Position numbers and translations under genes: made by a program. Shown here piece after piece: positions 23,590 through 35,784 of a DNA stretch of 43,957 nucleotides (position 1 is the first letter of the stretch; each line of letters begins with the position of its first letter). The notes beneath the pieces are model-generated. The model saw nothing but the letters and a program-made list of their open reading frames with translations, made no database searches and was not told where the DNA came from. Source of the stretch: Chiloscyllium plagiosum (Eukaryota); NCBI RefSeq assembly GCF_004010195.1, contig NC_057749.1, forward strand, positions 12,516,591 through 12,560,547, read 5' to 3'.

Positions 23590-24930
23590 AGTTTGTAGCT
23601 TGTTCTTGTGGCATTTTCTGGAACAATATATCGCGGAACCAACTAGTGAGAAAGCTAATTTAGCTCTAGTATTCTGTAATGAGGCAAGGTTAATCCGTAA
23701 TCTCATCATAAAACATCCGCTGGGAACCAGTGATCACTACAACAATTAAATTCCATGTCTAGTTTAAAAATGACATCCTCAATCATAAATTAGAATCTTA
23801 AAGCCAATTACATGGGTGAGAGTAGAGAACTGCCTAAGATTAGTTGAGTAAATAGACAAAGATGTATGGCTGTAAATAACTTGGTGGAAAAAGTTAAAGA
23901 ATAAATTCAAAATATTCAACAAAAGTCTGTTCCATTGAAAAAGGAAAACTCTTTAAAAAAAATCCATCCATGAGCACCTGGAGGCAACCCACTCAGACAC
24001 AGAGAACATGCAAACTCCACATAGACATTTGCCTGAGACTGGCATTGAACCGGGTCCCTTGCACTGTGAGGCTGTGAGCCATTATGTATTTAAGATGCTT
24101 CTAAATTACATTTTGAACTGAGAGCTTTCAGTAGTGCAGAAAAATCTGCAGTATAATGTAGGGAAGTGTGAAGTTATTCCCTTTATTTGTAAGAATAGAA
24201 AAATGGAATGTTTTTGAAAAGTAAATATCGATATTCAGTAAAACTAGGGTGTGCTCATGAAAGGAGCTCAGAATGTTAGCAGGTACAAAAGGTAAATGGG
24301 AAGACTTTCACATGTGGGCCTTCATTTCAAGGGTGTTTGAGTACAGGAATATGAAAGTCTAACTCCAGTTGTCCGGGACGTGGGTGAGATCACATCTGAA
24401 ATGCTGAGAGCAATTTTGATTCCCATATTTAAGGAAGTTATACTTGCATTGGAGGCATTGTATGAACCTTCACTATATTGTTGCCTTGTATAATGATGTT
24501 GTCCTATGATGAGAGGCTGAGTAAAGTGGACCTGTATTCTCTGGAGTTTAGAAGAATGAGATGTGATCTTAGTGAAACATGCAAAGTTCTTAAGGGGTTT
24601 GATAGGGTAGATACTGAGAAATTGTTTCCACTGTCTGGGGATTCAAGGGGGCATAATCTTCTGATAGGATCCCAATCATTTAGGACTGAAATGAGGAGGC
24701 ATTTCTTTATTGAGGGGGCTATGAATCTTTAGAATTCACTACCTCAGGATGTTGTAGGTGCTCCATCCTTGAATATGTTTAGAATAGACAAATTTTCATG
24801 CCTCAAGTAATTGAGGGATAGAGGGAGGAAAATAGGTTTGAAGCTCAAGATCAGCTTTGGTGGTATTGAATAGCTGAGTAGGCTCAACAGGACATATAGC
24901 CCACTGTTCCGATCCTCTGTGTTCTTGTTT
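23590..24930 (+). mobile_element. Old degenerate CR1-clade LINE (endonuclease C-terminus to 3' UTR, RT core missing)
   Basis: EQYIAEPT.. and GTSDHY endonuclease remnants; LSYDERLSKVDLYSLEFRRMRCDL C-terminal peptide. Confidence 0.75.
23974..24080 (-). mobile_element. HE1/V-SINE-like fragment
   Basis: atgcaaactccacatagaca...gaaccgggtccc matches 35570-35690. Confidence 0.75.
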
Positions 24931-25336
24931 AAAAAACAAAAACACAGAAAAGTCTCCCAAGGTGATTTTCCTCTAGTACTCAATATCAGGTAGCAAATGG
25001 ATGCCAAATTTTACCTCCTACAGTTGGAATATTTTAGGATTGAAAATGTTCTGTACGCCAAGTATCATTGCAGGGCCTCTTGTTGAACTGCTTGTGTAGT
25101 GTAATGTCAGCACATGCCTTCTTTTCGATGGTGATGTTATTGTAATGTGTGAACAACCCCTTTCAGTTCAGCAGTAAGTTGCTCGTTTGCCCTTTCTGTG
25201 TTTGTTCATTTTGTTATGTTCCCATTGTGCTTTGGTTTGGTTTATTTTCTTTTCTTTTTCTCCTTTTTTTATTTTTATTTTTGTTTTGTTTATCATTGTG
25301 TCTGCCATCCCATACACAAACCTACCTGTATCCAAG

Positions 25337-25553
25337 ATGTTCCCATTCCGACATTTCCCCCTCCCTCACTGACAAGTGCCACTGCTGACCATCTAGCAGC
25401 TGCCGCGGCTGGACACCTGCCGTCTGCCCCTCGGGATGTGATGGCACTCCTTGTCTCCACACGGTTCATCAAGTTGACTTGGCGCCCACCCGCAGAGCCT
25501 CATTCAGAGATCCTCACATACTCGGTCTATTACTCCAGAGATGGCACCAACAG
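25337..25553 (+). CDS. NEO1: Neogenin exon (~exon 8), long form: [20 protein letters not shown] + [53 protein letters not shown]; the short form starts at 25397 (or 25400)
   Basis: In-frame acceptors at caAG (25335-25336) and TAGCAG (25394-25399); CAG/GTAAGA donor; start of FNIII-1 (PSAPRDV...LTW). Confidence 0.95.
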
Positions 25554-26029
25554 GTAAGAGTCACACTAACATCTACCTCTCTGCATTAATACTGATTATA
25601 AGGAATGTAAGATGTATTAAATATGAAAAGACTGTTTACTGCTCAAGTGTTCCCCAGTTTAAAGGCAATTTATTTTCCATCATTTTATTTTATTTAAATC
25701 ATACCCAATTGTCGTCTTGTCTCCTGATTCATGCTGGGACTCGGGTTCTAATGGTGCCAATTACCCTTTGATACCAAATGTGTGAACCTAAATGGTGAGT
25801 GCTGAACAGGGGGAGGGGTAGATCTTTACAGTACTTGTTTTAGATAGCAGACTGTTGGTGATTTAATCCTCTGCACAGAGTGATGAGAATCTGTTTCTGA
25901 AAGCATGAAGGAAGTGGCCACTTCTCAAGTGACATCATCATGTTCCTCGGTTTTGTCACTACGACATTAAATATCTTGGTTGACCAGCTTGGCAGAATCC
26001 AAACACTACCAGTTTTTGTCCAAAGTTTA

Positions 26030-26230
26030 TTGATCTGACTACATTATTTCAAAGAGCAGGGCAGTTCTCCCTGATGTCTTGGCCAAAAGCTAACATCACC
26101 AAAAATCAAATTGTCTGGTTATTACAGGATTGCTATTTGTGGGATATTGCTGTTTGAAAATCAACTGTTGTGTTTTCTACATTATAACAGTAACCACACT
26201 TCAAAAATAAAGAGTTGTAATTGGAGATGT
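26030..26230 (+). mobile_element. DeuSINE-like (SacSINE1/AmnSINE1-type Deu domain) fragment
   Basis: aagagcagggcagttctcc...tggccaa...ttgctatttgtggga...tacattataacagtaaccacacttcaaaa resembles the Deu core as I recall it. Confidence 0.6.
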
Positions 26231-26879
26231 CTACTGTAATCCCATTTCTGTGCTACCATCTTTTCTATTCTTTCCTTTCAAATATCTCTTACCCTTTTAA
26301 ATTGATCTCTAACCTCTGTCTCATTAGTTACTGTGATAAAACATTCTTCTATCCTGTCCCTTATTCTAATGATAATCCTGATTTACTAAGAAGTGAAAAC
26401 AAGGTTTCATTATTCCTCCTCTTTAATTTATTATGTCCTTCCTTAACTTTATTTGTCTTAGTGAAAAGCATGCCAAATTTATCTGTCTTCATTTATTCCT
26501 CGGGTTGTTCTACTGAATCTTTGCTTTGTCTTACCCCAGTTTGTTTACCCTTCCTATAATGGGGTGCCGAGAGTATATCCTCTGATTGTGCTTCAAACAA
26601 ATCTTGCTCAAACCTAATGCTGATCTGTTGTCCTTTTATGGAAAACCCATTAGCCCGTTGCTTTCTGTGGCCTCTATGTTTCAGCATCCCTGTTTTCTGA
26701 TCCACAATGTGGGAAACAACAAGCATGTGGTGGATGTACAGTCATTCTTTCGTCTCTTCCTTCACAAGTTGGGCATTATTACAATTTAGGCAAATCTGCT
26801 TTTCACTGTAACATTTATCCAAAAGCTTTTTCCCCACCATCCTGCAACTCTCTTGTCCAAATACTGTTTTCTTCCTTCT

Positions 26880-27050
26880 TTAAGGCAGTGTGTTGGGATA
26901 TACCTGGCTGAGGAGGCCACCATGTTCTGACATTGTCCTTGTCTCAGTTCACAGACCACATTCCCGTGCAGGGCTCACAGAATAATGATCAGGATTTGCA
27001 ATCCCCACTGCTTTTACCATCTCTAGTCTAGGGCATGATTGCATTAACTC
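26880..27050 (-). mobile_element. Ancient SINE-like repeat copy
   Basis: ttgtccttgtctc...gcagggctcacagaataatgatcagga resembles the other copies of this family. Confidence 0.35.
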
Positions 27051-27324
27051 TAATCTTATTAGGAGCACACACTCACACCACACAGACACACCAGGTAAAG
27101 TGAAATATTGCCTTACCAGCTGCTCTTCTTTCCCACTTGGCCATTGAGCGAGCTGAGCATAGTGACCTTGGTATACTCGACACTGTCCTAATGCAGTAAA
27201 GATAACAGAGTTGTCCTTGCCTCCTGATCCGCAAGATGTGAGGAGCAGCAAGTACCATAGCGATGTTATCAGCTCCAATTGGATTGGATGAATTGTGCTG
27301 AAATTGTTGTTATATCATCAATAG

Positions 27325-27479
27325 GGAACGTGTGGAAAATACAAGTCGACCTGGAGACTTGGAAGTGACAATTGGTGATTTGATGCCAGATGTGAAATAT
27401 GTTTTCCGAGTGGTTGCTCACAATAAACATGGAGCAGGAGAGAGTTCTGCTCCTTTCAAAGTGGCCACCCAACCTGAAG
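27325..27479 (+). CDS. NEO1: Neogenin exon (~exon 9), FNIII-1 C-terminal half: [51 protein letters not shown]
   Basis: atAG acceptor; GTCAGT donor; 155 nt; FNIII L.P...Y.FRV.A.N..G.G.SS motif. Missed by the ORF track. Confidence 0.96.
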
Positions 27480-27669
27480 GTCAGTCCTTGTGATCCGTCC
27501 ATGTTGCTATACCTGTGCTGTGATCATTTTTGTATATATGCTTGTCATGCACTATAACTTCTGTTCTATTATAGAAACCTGAGTCTAACCCCGGCCACAT
27601 TATTGTTACTGTTTTCAATTTTGCCTTGAGCAGAGGCCTAGTTCTGCATGATCTAACCCCTCCTTTGGT

Positions 27670-27925
27670 AATTAGACAAGTCACCATTTCTTTCTGTGTG
27701 AGCCTGTGTGTCATCAGGATGATGTGAGAGTAAGAGTTGACTCCTATGTCTTGACCTGATGTTGACATAGATGGTCCTTCATCAGAAACAAGAAACCGTG
27801 ACTGACTTATTCCCTCCATCGGTGACTGAAGGTATCACTCTGATGTTCTGGCTCAGAATAGTGAGTTGTCATGGCCAAGGAACTGAAGCTACCTCTGTGG
27901 ATTGTGTGGCTCAGTACCACCACAG
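27670..27925 (-). mobile_element. Ancient SINE-like repeat copy
   Basis: Shares motifs with 15090-15345 and 16650-16770. Confidence 0.4.
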
Positions 27926-29140
27926 GCACTTTGTGCACACATTTTACTCTTGTAATGCTCTGCATTTGTCTCAGATGCCTACAGTTTGCTGACATTATGT
28001 GTTAAACCCACACATACATGATAAGGAAATGGTTATTTTTCATTCTTCAGTGAGGGAGAAGCTGGAATTTATTTGTGTGGATTGTTTTTAGAACCAGTTA
28101 TTTTGGTATTCTAAAAATTACTTGGCTTGGACAGGCTGGGAATGAGTGCCAGGAAACAGGACAGCTTTTTCCATGAGTGCTCCACTGGCTATGTATTACA
28201 GGAGAGATCAGGATCGGGGCTATGTAGCTGGCTATGGTCTTGAGGTGGCCACAGCCTCACTGTTTCATTAAGTTGAGAGTTCTTGGAAACCAGTCGCTTG
28301 CTATCATCTTCAATGGACAATTCTCTATTCCAGAGTTGCATCCACAGTAATTTGTTTAATTCTGTATTTCAAATCTTAATAACAGAAAATGTTGGGAACT
28401 TTGCAGTGCGCTCAGCTTCTGAAAGGAAAATGCCAGCTTTTTGGGTAGAACATTGTTAAAATCACCTGAATTGTCAGGCCTGTCATTTTCTCAGGCTGAA
28501 ACAGGTTCAGGTGTGCTGAATACATTTAGCTCTGGCAGATTTTATTTCTTCATTTAATAATCTACGCAAAATTTATTTTAATCCAAACTTTTGGAGTTTT
28601 TTAAAAACTTGTTTCAGGGCTGTGGGTCAGCACTTATTGCACATTTCTAATTACCCTGAATAAGGCAGTGATGAGCTGAGTTTTTTTCTAATTTTCCATT
28701 TCTGGAATTTTTAAAAAAATTGCAGATAGAACAGGGATGTCTCTAACCTTCAGTGCATTTGAGCCATTGTGATCGATCTGACTCTGAAAATCTGTTTTCT
28801 TCAGGTTTCAATGCCTCACTCCCAGGCTTGGTGTTTACATTAGGTGGGATTGAAATTTCAGAGAGGCAAACTTTTGTACTTTTGCCTCAATGCTGGATAA
28901 ATGCTCAATGAGAATATAATCAGGATGGCAGTGAACAGCAGCAGAAATTTAAAATTTACGCATTATCCACTTCTGATTCATGAAGATTTGCACCTGTAGA
29001 GAAGGAAACTATATTTATTAAAATTATCCATTAAAGATGTCTCAAAATACTTCAAGCTAATGAATTACTTATCGTTATTGCAACAGTGAAGCATTCTCTC
29101 AGCATTGACCTTCAGCCGTGTGGCAGTCCCTTTGACAAAG

Positions 29141-29357
29141 ATAAAGCTGCCAGAGTTCCAGCGATCAACAGGGCTGCCCTCATTAGAGAGAGATGACTGG
29201 TGTGAGTTTAGCCTGAGGGTAACCACACCTCAAGTGAGGGGTGAGTTTGAGATGGCAGGACCTTCATGATGATTTCAGCCATTGCAGGAATTGAACACAT
29301 CCTGTGACATCGCGCTGCATCGCAAATCAGCCGTCCAGCCAACTGAACTAACTGATA
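29141..29357 (-). mobile_element. tRNA-derived SINE (family A), second copy
   Basis: Its reverse complement aligns over the full length with 4062-4267 (gttagttcagttggctg...catgaagg...ctctaatgag). Confidence 0.8.
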
Positions 29358-30539
29358 CTTCTGCCCCCAGTACTGAGCCTAGATTGACAGCAGTAAGCCC
29401 GGTTCGTGAAGTCAAAGGGCAGGATTCCACTTAGGTGTTCTCAAATAATCTCTGCTGGGAGGTGCGCCTGTGTAAACGTTGAGTGAGCGCAAGGTGGACT
29501 AAAGCCCACATTGCCAAATGCCACGTTGACACTTGTATTTCATCTTGAAATTGAGGAGTCGCTGTGTGGCTGAAGTTGTAGGGTGGCCAGCACTCCTGAG
29601 GTTGTCCTAGTTAGACTCTCTGCTTCATGGGGTAGGAGAGAATCACTGTGTGTTCATTATTGTATTCATCACAGTAATTGCACTGAGCTGGCAAGAACTG
29701 CTTACAGTATATGTGTGCCAGGAATGTAGCAGTTATCTGTATCCCTTTTTAGAGAGTGAAGGTGTGTGAAGGCATGTTCAGTGTGGTGAGGCTGCAGGTG
29801 TGTGTGCGGGCTGTGTTGGCATGCAGCTGCTGGCTCTGATGCCAATCGGTGTTGCAGCACTAATTGAAAGAAATGGATCATGACTGAATAAAGCAAACAA
29901 CTGTCAGGCTTGTTCAAGTTGGTTTGTTTTTTTTGCACCAGTAAGCATCGTTAATTAAACATTTTCATTATTGTGTTTAGTGCAGACATGATATTTAGAT
30001 TTTCATTATTTTTCCCACTTCTGCAGAGTGATTGGATTTAGTAATGTTCCTTTGTGCACAGGATACATATTGTAGCTTCACTCTGAGGTCAAGGCAAAGG
30101 CATGGACATTCCTCTAGGTTGGCAATGAACCACAGAGAAAATCAATGAAGTTGCTTTAAAAATATATTCCATTGTTTCTTGCATTTCTAACTTTGTGTAA
30201 CCTAGACTGGTGCACCAAGCAATGATGTTCTGTCAACCTAAATTTAATATTGAGAATAATCTCTAATTTCCATTAAAAGAGCAAGGATCAAAAACATGCC
30301 TTTAGTCTCAAAATCTGTCTCCTCTGGACAAATGTTAATATCACATTTGCACTTCCACTTCATAGAGCAGCAGTTGAGGAGGACCCCGAGCCAAGGAGAC
30401 AGCATCACCTGGAGGAGTGGGCGAGCTGGGAAAATAATAATATGGGAAATGAGGGCCCGACATTGGCACGAAAGGACAATGAGAGTATAAATTAAATATA
30501 CACAAATAAACAAAATTAGATGTTACAAAAATCACAAAA

Positions 30540-33500
30540 AGACAAAACTAAAGACTTTATCTGAGTGCACATAGCACTGATTACAAAGTAACAAATTTAT
30601 AGCACACATCGAAGTGAGTAAATACATGGCTTTAAGAGAGCAGGAATGGGTCCTGAATATTGAAGCGCATACAATATTTAAGAAAAATAGGAAGCTATGT
30701 AAATTTGGAGAGGTAATGAATTAAGGATGGCATTGTTTAAGGTGATCTTTGTACAGGAAATCAAGACGTAGAATCAGTTTGGGTTGACCTGAATGATTGG
30801 TGAAAGAAGTCGTTAGTGGTGGTGGAAGTACAGACCCCCAAATAATAACTACAATGATGGACAAAGTATGCAACAAGTAATATTGGGTGTTTGAGATAAA
30901 GGGACTGCAATATTTATGTGTGACTTTAATCTACATGTAAACAGGAAAAAATCAGATTGTCAGGGTAGCCTGGATGAAGAGCTGGAATGCTTTAGAGAGA
31001 GTTTCTTAAAGCAGCATGCTCTGGAACTGACCTGTCAACAGATTATACTGGTCTTGTATTGTGTCATGTAATAGGATTGATTAATGATCACAGAGGAAAG
31101 GCACCCCTAGGTAGCAGCTGAATGAATATTACATCCAGTTTGAAAGATCTAAGACTAGTATTTTAAACTTAAATAAGGGCAATTATGTAGGCATTAAACC
31201 TGAGCTAGATGAAGTGAATTGATATACTAGACTAGGTGATGGATAAATATAGACACAACAGCAGATGGTTAAGAAGATATTTTCCAATTACTCAGAATCA
31301 TTAAACTCCTGTATAAAAAAAATTCTAAAGGGAGGACCCACCATCAGTGATTAACTGAAGAAGTTTGGGAAAGCATCAAACAAAAGAAAAAGACATATAA
31401 CTCTGTCAAGCTGAGTGATAGGCCAGATGATTGGTGAGAATATAAAAAATGGCAGAGAATAGTTAAACAATTAATCAGGAAGAAATTAGAACATGTAACT
31501 ACGTTCTTTCTCATTGTTTCTTCTGACCTCTGGGGTCTGTGTACTGTACAGTAATGACTTCAGTCAATATGTCAGCATGCAGTCATGCTGCACAGAGGGT
31601 TTGTTGATGTGAGAGGAAGCTCGGTAGAAAAGTGAAAGCAGATACCAAGAGTTTCAACAGGTCTTTAAAAGAAAGAGTAAGTAAAGTGAGTGTTTATCCT
31701 CTGCAATTGGGGAGTTAATAGTAGAAAATAAAGGAATGATAATGAATGAGCACATTATTCTTCTCTCTTCACTTTAAAGATTTACAAAAAACATTCCAGT
31801 CATAGTTGTAAACAGCAGCTGGAAGGGAGAGAGGAGCTTAGTCAAATTACATTTATGTGGGACACACTGCTAAACAAACTGATGGAGCTGTGAGCTGACA
31901 AATCTCTGGGACCTGATGGACTTCATCCGAGGGTCTTAAAAGGGGTTGTTAATGAGGTAGGAGATGCATTGGTGTTAATTTTCCAAAATTCTTTAGATTC
32001 AGAAAAAATTCAGACAGTCTAGACAGGAGCAAATATAATCCTGTGAATTCATGAAGGGATGGAGGCAGAAAGCAGAGAACTATATGTCTGTCATGGGGAC
32101 ATGTTAGAATTGATTATTAAAGAGATTACAGCTACACATTTAGAAAATCTCAAGGTAAATGGGAAGTGTGAATGGAAAGAGAAATCATGGTTAACCAATG
32201 TATGAGCATTTTTTGAAGCAGTGGGTACTGTGCTGTGGCTGTGAGGGAGCCTTGAGATGTTCCATTCTTGGATTTCCAGGCATTTGATAAGGTGCCTCAA
32301 CAAAAGTTCTCGTGGACAATCAAATCTCATGGTGCGGGTATTGTGTATTAGCATCGATACAAGAACAGATGACTGGCAGAAAACAGATTAGATATATATA
32401 AATAGATTCACATTCTCATTGGCAGGATGTGATGAGTAGAGTCCTGCAGGGGAATATGTTGATGCCTCACCTTTTACAATTTGCATCAATGACTTGGATG
32501 AGGGAAATAAGTTTGGTAGCTGAATCTGCAGACAATACCAGCAATGTAGGAAAATATGTTGTGGAGAAGATCTAAGGAAGTTGCAGACTGATATATATAG
32601 GTTGAGTAAGTGGGAAAAAATGTTAACAATTGAAGTCCAGTGTTGGAAAAGGTAATGAAGTTCAGTTTGGCAGAAAAGAATGCAGAATATTATGGAAATG
32701 GGGAACAACTGCAAAAGTCTGATCTGCAGAAGAATTTAGGTGTTCTTGTGCATGAGTCATAAAACAAAATAGCATGTAGGTACAGCAAGTGATTAACAAA
32801 GATAATAGGATGCTATCCTTTATGAGATTTGATTTGATTTATTTATTGTCACTTGTGCTTGTTACGATTATTTGTTACAAGTAGAGTGAAAATTATTGTA
32901 TAGAGTAATAGTCATACTGCCCGGAAACTGACTCTTTGGTCCAACTAGTCCATAATTCCAAACTAAACTCATCCCACCTACCTGCGTTTGGCCCATATCC
33001 CTTTAAACATTTTTTATTCATCTACTATGTGTTAATTAAATGTGTTTTAAATATTGTCATTGTGCCTGCATCCACCATTTCCCCTGGGAGTTCATTCCAC
33101 ACATGAATTATTCTCTGTGTTAATAAGAAATTGCCCCTATGTTTTTTTTTAAACTTTCTCCTCTCACCTTAAATATTTGCTCCCTCATCTTGAAATCGCC
33201 CACTTGAGCGAAAAGCCACGTGCCATTCACCTTATCTACACCTGCCATTATTTTATAAACCACTTTAAGGTCACCCCTTAAACTCCAACACTGTAGTGCA
33301 AGAAGTTCCAGCTTATCAAGCCTCTCCATGTAACTGAAGCCATCCATTCCTGGAAACATCCAAGTAAACCTTTTATGAACCCTTTCCAGCTTAGAAATGT
33401 CCTTGCTATAACTGGCTACAGTACTCCAGAAGAAACCTCATCAACACCTTGTACAACCTCAAAGTAACATTCTAACTGCTATTACTCAAAGGTCTGAGCA

Positions 33501-34815
33501 ATGAAGGCGAGTGTGCTAAATGCTTTCTTAACCACCCTATCTATTATGTGAGACAAGCTTCAAAGAATTGTGTACCTGAATTCCTATGTGCAATACCCAA
33601 GGGCATATTTTTAATTGTATAAGCCCTGTCCTTGTTTATTTTACCAAAATGCAATATCTCGCATTTATCCAAGTTAAACTCCTTCTGCCATTCTTCAGCT
33701 CATTGACCCGATTGATCAAGAACTCTTTGTAATTTTAGATGATCTTCTTCATTATCCACTATGCCACCAATTTTGGTGTCATCCGCAAACTTATGAACTA
33801 TGTCTTCTATATTCTCGTCCAAATCAATTATATAAGTGAGAAAGGGGGACCCAGCATTGATCCCTGCAGAACAATGTATAATGGCGTTACTCTTCAGCTC
33901 AATCTTAAGGAAAGAAAACAAACCAAGATTTGGAATGTAAAGGTAGAAAATAAGGAAATAAAGTTAAGACTTCAACTTTACAATAAGTGTTTCGCCTTGG
34001 GCCTGAATCTGGACTCTTCCACCTGATGCTGAGACCAACGCCAGTATTTGGTTCCTGATTAACACTGACACAGGTATGTGATTGCTCCACTCCTCATTGA
34101 TATCCTCTTCCAAACCCGGGAACTTAGAAACCTATTGCAACACTCTTATTGCTGCCCCAGTACAGTGCCAGATGATGTGTCATCTCCCCTTGAGGATACT
34201 GAGGGACCTTCTGACACATTGTCAATCTCAGACTAGCATGAAAATAAAGATGAGAATAGAGAGGAATTGAACATAAAAGTAAAGGCATTATGCTTCAGTT
34301 GTACACGGGGGCATTTATGAGACCATATCTTGAATGCTGTCTGCAGCTTTAGTCATTGTCTTGAATGGATGATGTAAATGCGTTGGAGGCGTTTTAGAGG
34401 AGATTTGCTTGATCAGTACTTGGAATGAGTGGATTATATTATGAGGAAAGATTGGACAGGCTGGGTTTTCACTGGAGTTGAAAAGTGTGTGTTCTGAACG
34501 TTCTTGATTTTTCTTGGTAACTTCAGAACTAAGGAGCACTGTGTTAGAACTTGCATCTGCCTTTCAGGACAGAGGTGAAGGTTGTTTTTTATTCTCTCAG
34601 AGCTGTGCAATTGCCTGAGAAGGTGGTGGGGTGGGGTTGAGGTCATTGAATATTTTTAAGACAAAGATATATTTTTGTTGGGCAAGAGAGTCAACGGTGA
34701 TTGTGAGTAGCTGGGAACGTGGAATTCAAAGAGACCAGCCATGTTCTTATTGAATACTGGAACAGGCTTGACGGACTGAAAGGTCTACCTCTGCATAAAT
34801 TTCATATGATCTGTA
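30540..34815 (+). mobile_element. Old CR1-clade LINE covering most of ORF2, degenerate, interrupted by a ~1.4 kb composite insertion (32827-34257)
   Basis: Endonuclease remnants (LYLSAHS, CDFNLH), KSLGPDGLHPRVLK and LDFQAFDK; the post-RT region resumes near 34258 (agaggaattgaacataaaag). Confidence 0.8.
32900..33868 (-). mobile_element. 5'-truncated CR1 LINE nested inside the insertion
   Basis: Minus-strand FLTYIIDLDENIEDIVHKFADDTKIGGIVD and MFPGMDGFSYMERLDKLELL. Confidence 0.85.
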
Positions 34816-34899
34816 TATTTCTCCATCCTACATATCTACCTCCTCAGTACATTCTTCAAGCTCACTGCTGCAGCTTCTAACAGTCTCAGGAGTACAATA

Positions 34900-35170
34900 T
34901 CCACCTCTATTTTATCTCCCTTCACCTAGCCATTGGCGACATTATCTTCAGCGGCCTGTGCTCTGAGCTCTGGAATTCTTTCCACAAATTCACCACCTCT
35001 TTATTTCTGTCTCTCCTCCTATAAGATGCTCATTAAAATCTCCCTCTGACCAAGCATTTGGCCTTGTGTCGTAGAGTTTACATGGTTTGGTCTCTTACTT
35101 GATATTGCTTCTGTGAAATGTCTTCAAGTATTTCGCCATGGAAAAGGCACTTTATAATTGGATGTTGTAG
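34900..35170 (+). mobile_element. L2-clade LINE 3' end (degenerate)
   Basis: ctctggaattctttcc (LWNS); tail ctgtgaaatgtcttc...aaaggcactttataa...gttgt of L2 type. Confidence 0.55.
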
Positions 35171-35388
35171 CTTAAAAAGGCTTGAGAAACAAAGAGATTC
35201 TATCGATCCACTACAGAGCAAGATACCTGTGTCAGTAAAAGTTGGCATATACTGGTTTAATATGACAACAGCTACGTTTCTATGCAAGCCAGTTGTTAAT
35301 TTGGTAACTGTTACACTTGCCTTACTCTCCACACCAACATAGTCAATGTTTTTCAGTTGATGCTTGTTTGCAGCTCCACGTGATGAGG

Positions 35389-35705
35389 TTAGATTAGATT
35401 CTCTACAGTGTGGAAACAGGCCTTTTGGCCCAACAAGTTCACACCGGCCCTCCAAAGAGTAACCCACCCAGACCCATTTCCCTCTAACTAATGCACAAAA
35501 CACTATGGGCAATTTAGCATGGACAGTTCACCTGACCTGCACATCTTTAGACTGTGGGAGGAAACCAGAGTGTCCGGAGGAAACCCACGCAGACACTGGG
35601 AGAATGTGCAAAGTCCACACAGACAGTTGCCCAAGGCTGGAATTGAACCTGGGTCCCTGGCGCTGTGAGGTGGCAGTGTTAACCATTGAGCCACCGTGCC
35701 ACCCC
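35389..35705 (-). mobile_element. HE1-like V-SINE, full length
   Basis: tRNA head ggtggctcaatggttaacactg with box B ggttcaattcc; V-domain tgtggactttgcacattctccc..tctgcgtgggtttcctcc; (aatct)n tail. Confidence 0.9.
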
Positions 35706-35784
35706 AAATGTGATGAATGTTCACATTCTGTGCATCTCCCTGTGATAGTTAAAGTTGAGGTTCAGGTTTTGTTTTGAGAAGATT

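Noticed and set aside
27760..27790. CTGATGA on the minus strand as a possible hammerhead
   Set aside because: There is no stem II/GAAA arrangement, and the region fits the ancient SINE-like family better.
30000..30045. Strong-looking acceptor tttttcccacttctgcAG in intron 9
   Set aside because: It gives an immediate in-frame stop and I found no convincing donor; exons 9 and 10 already join in frame.
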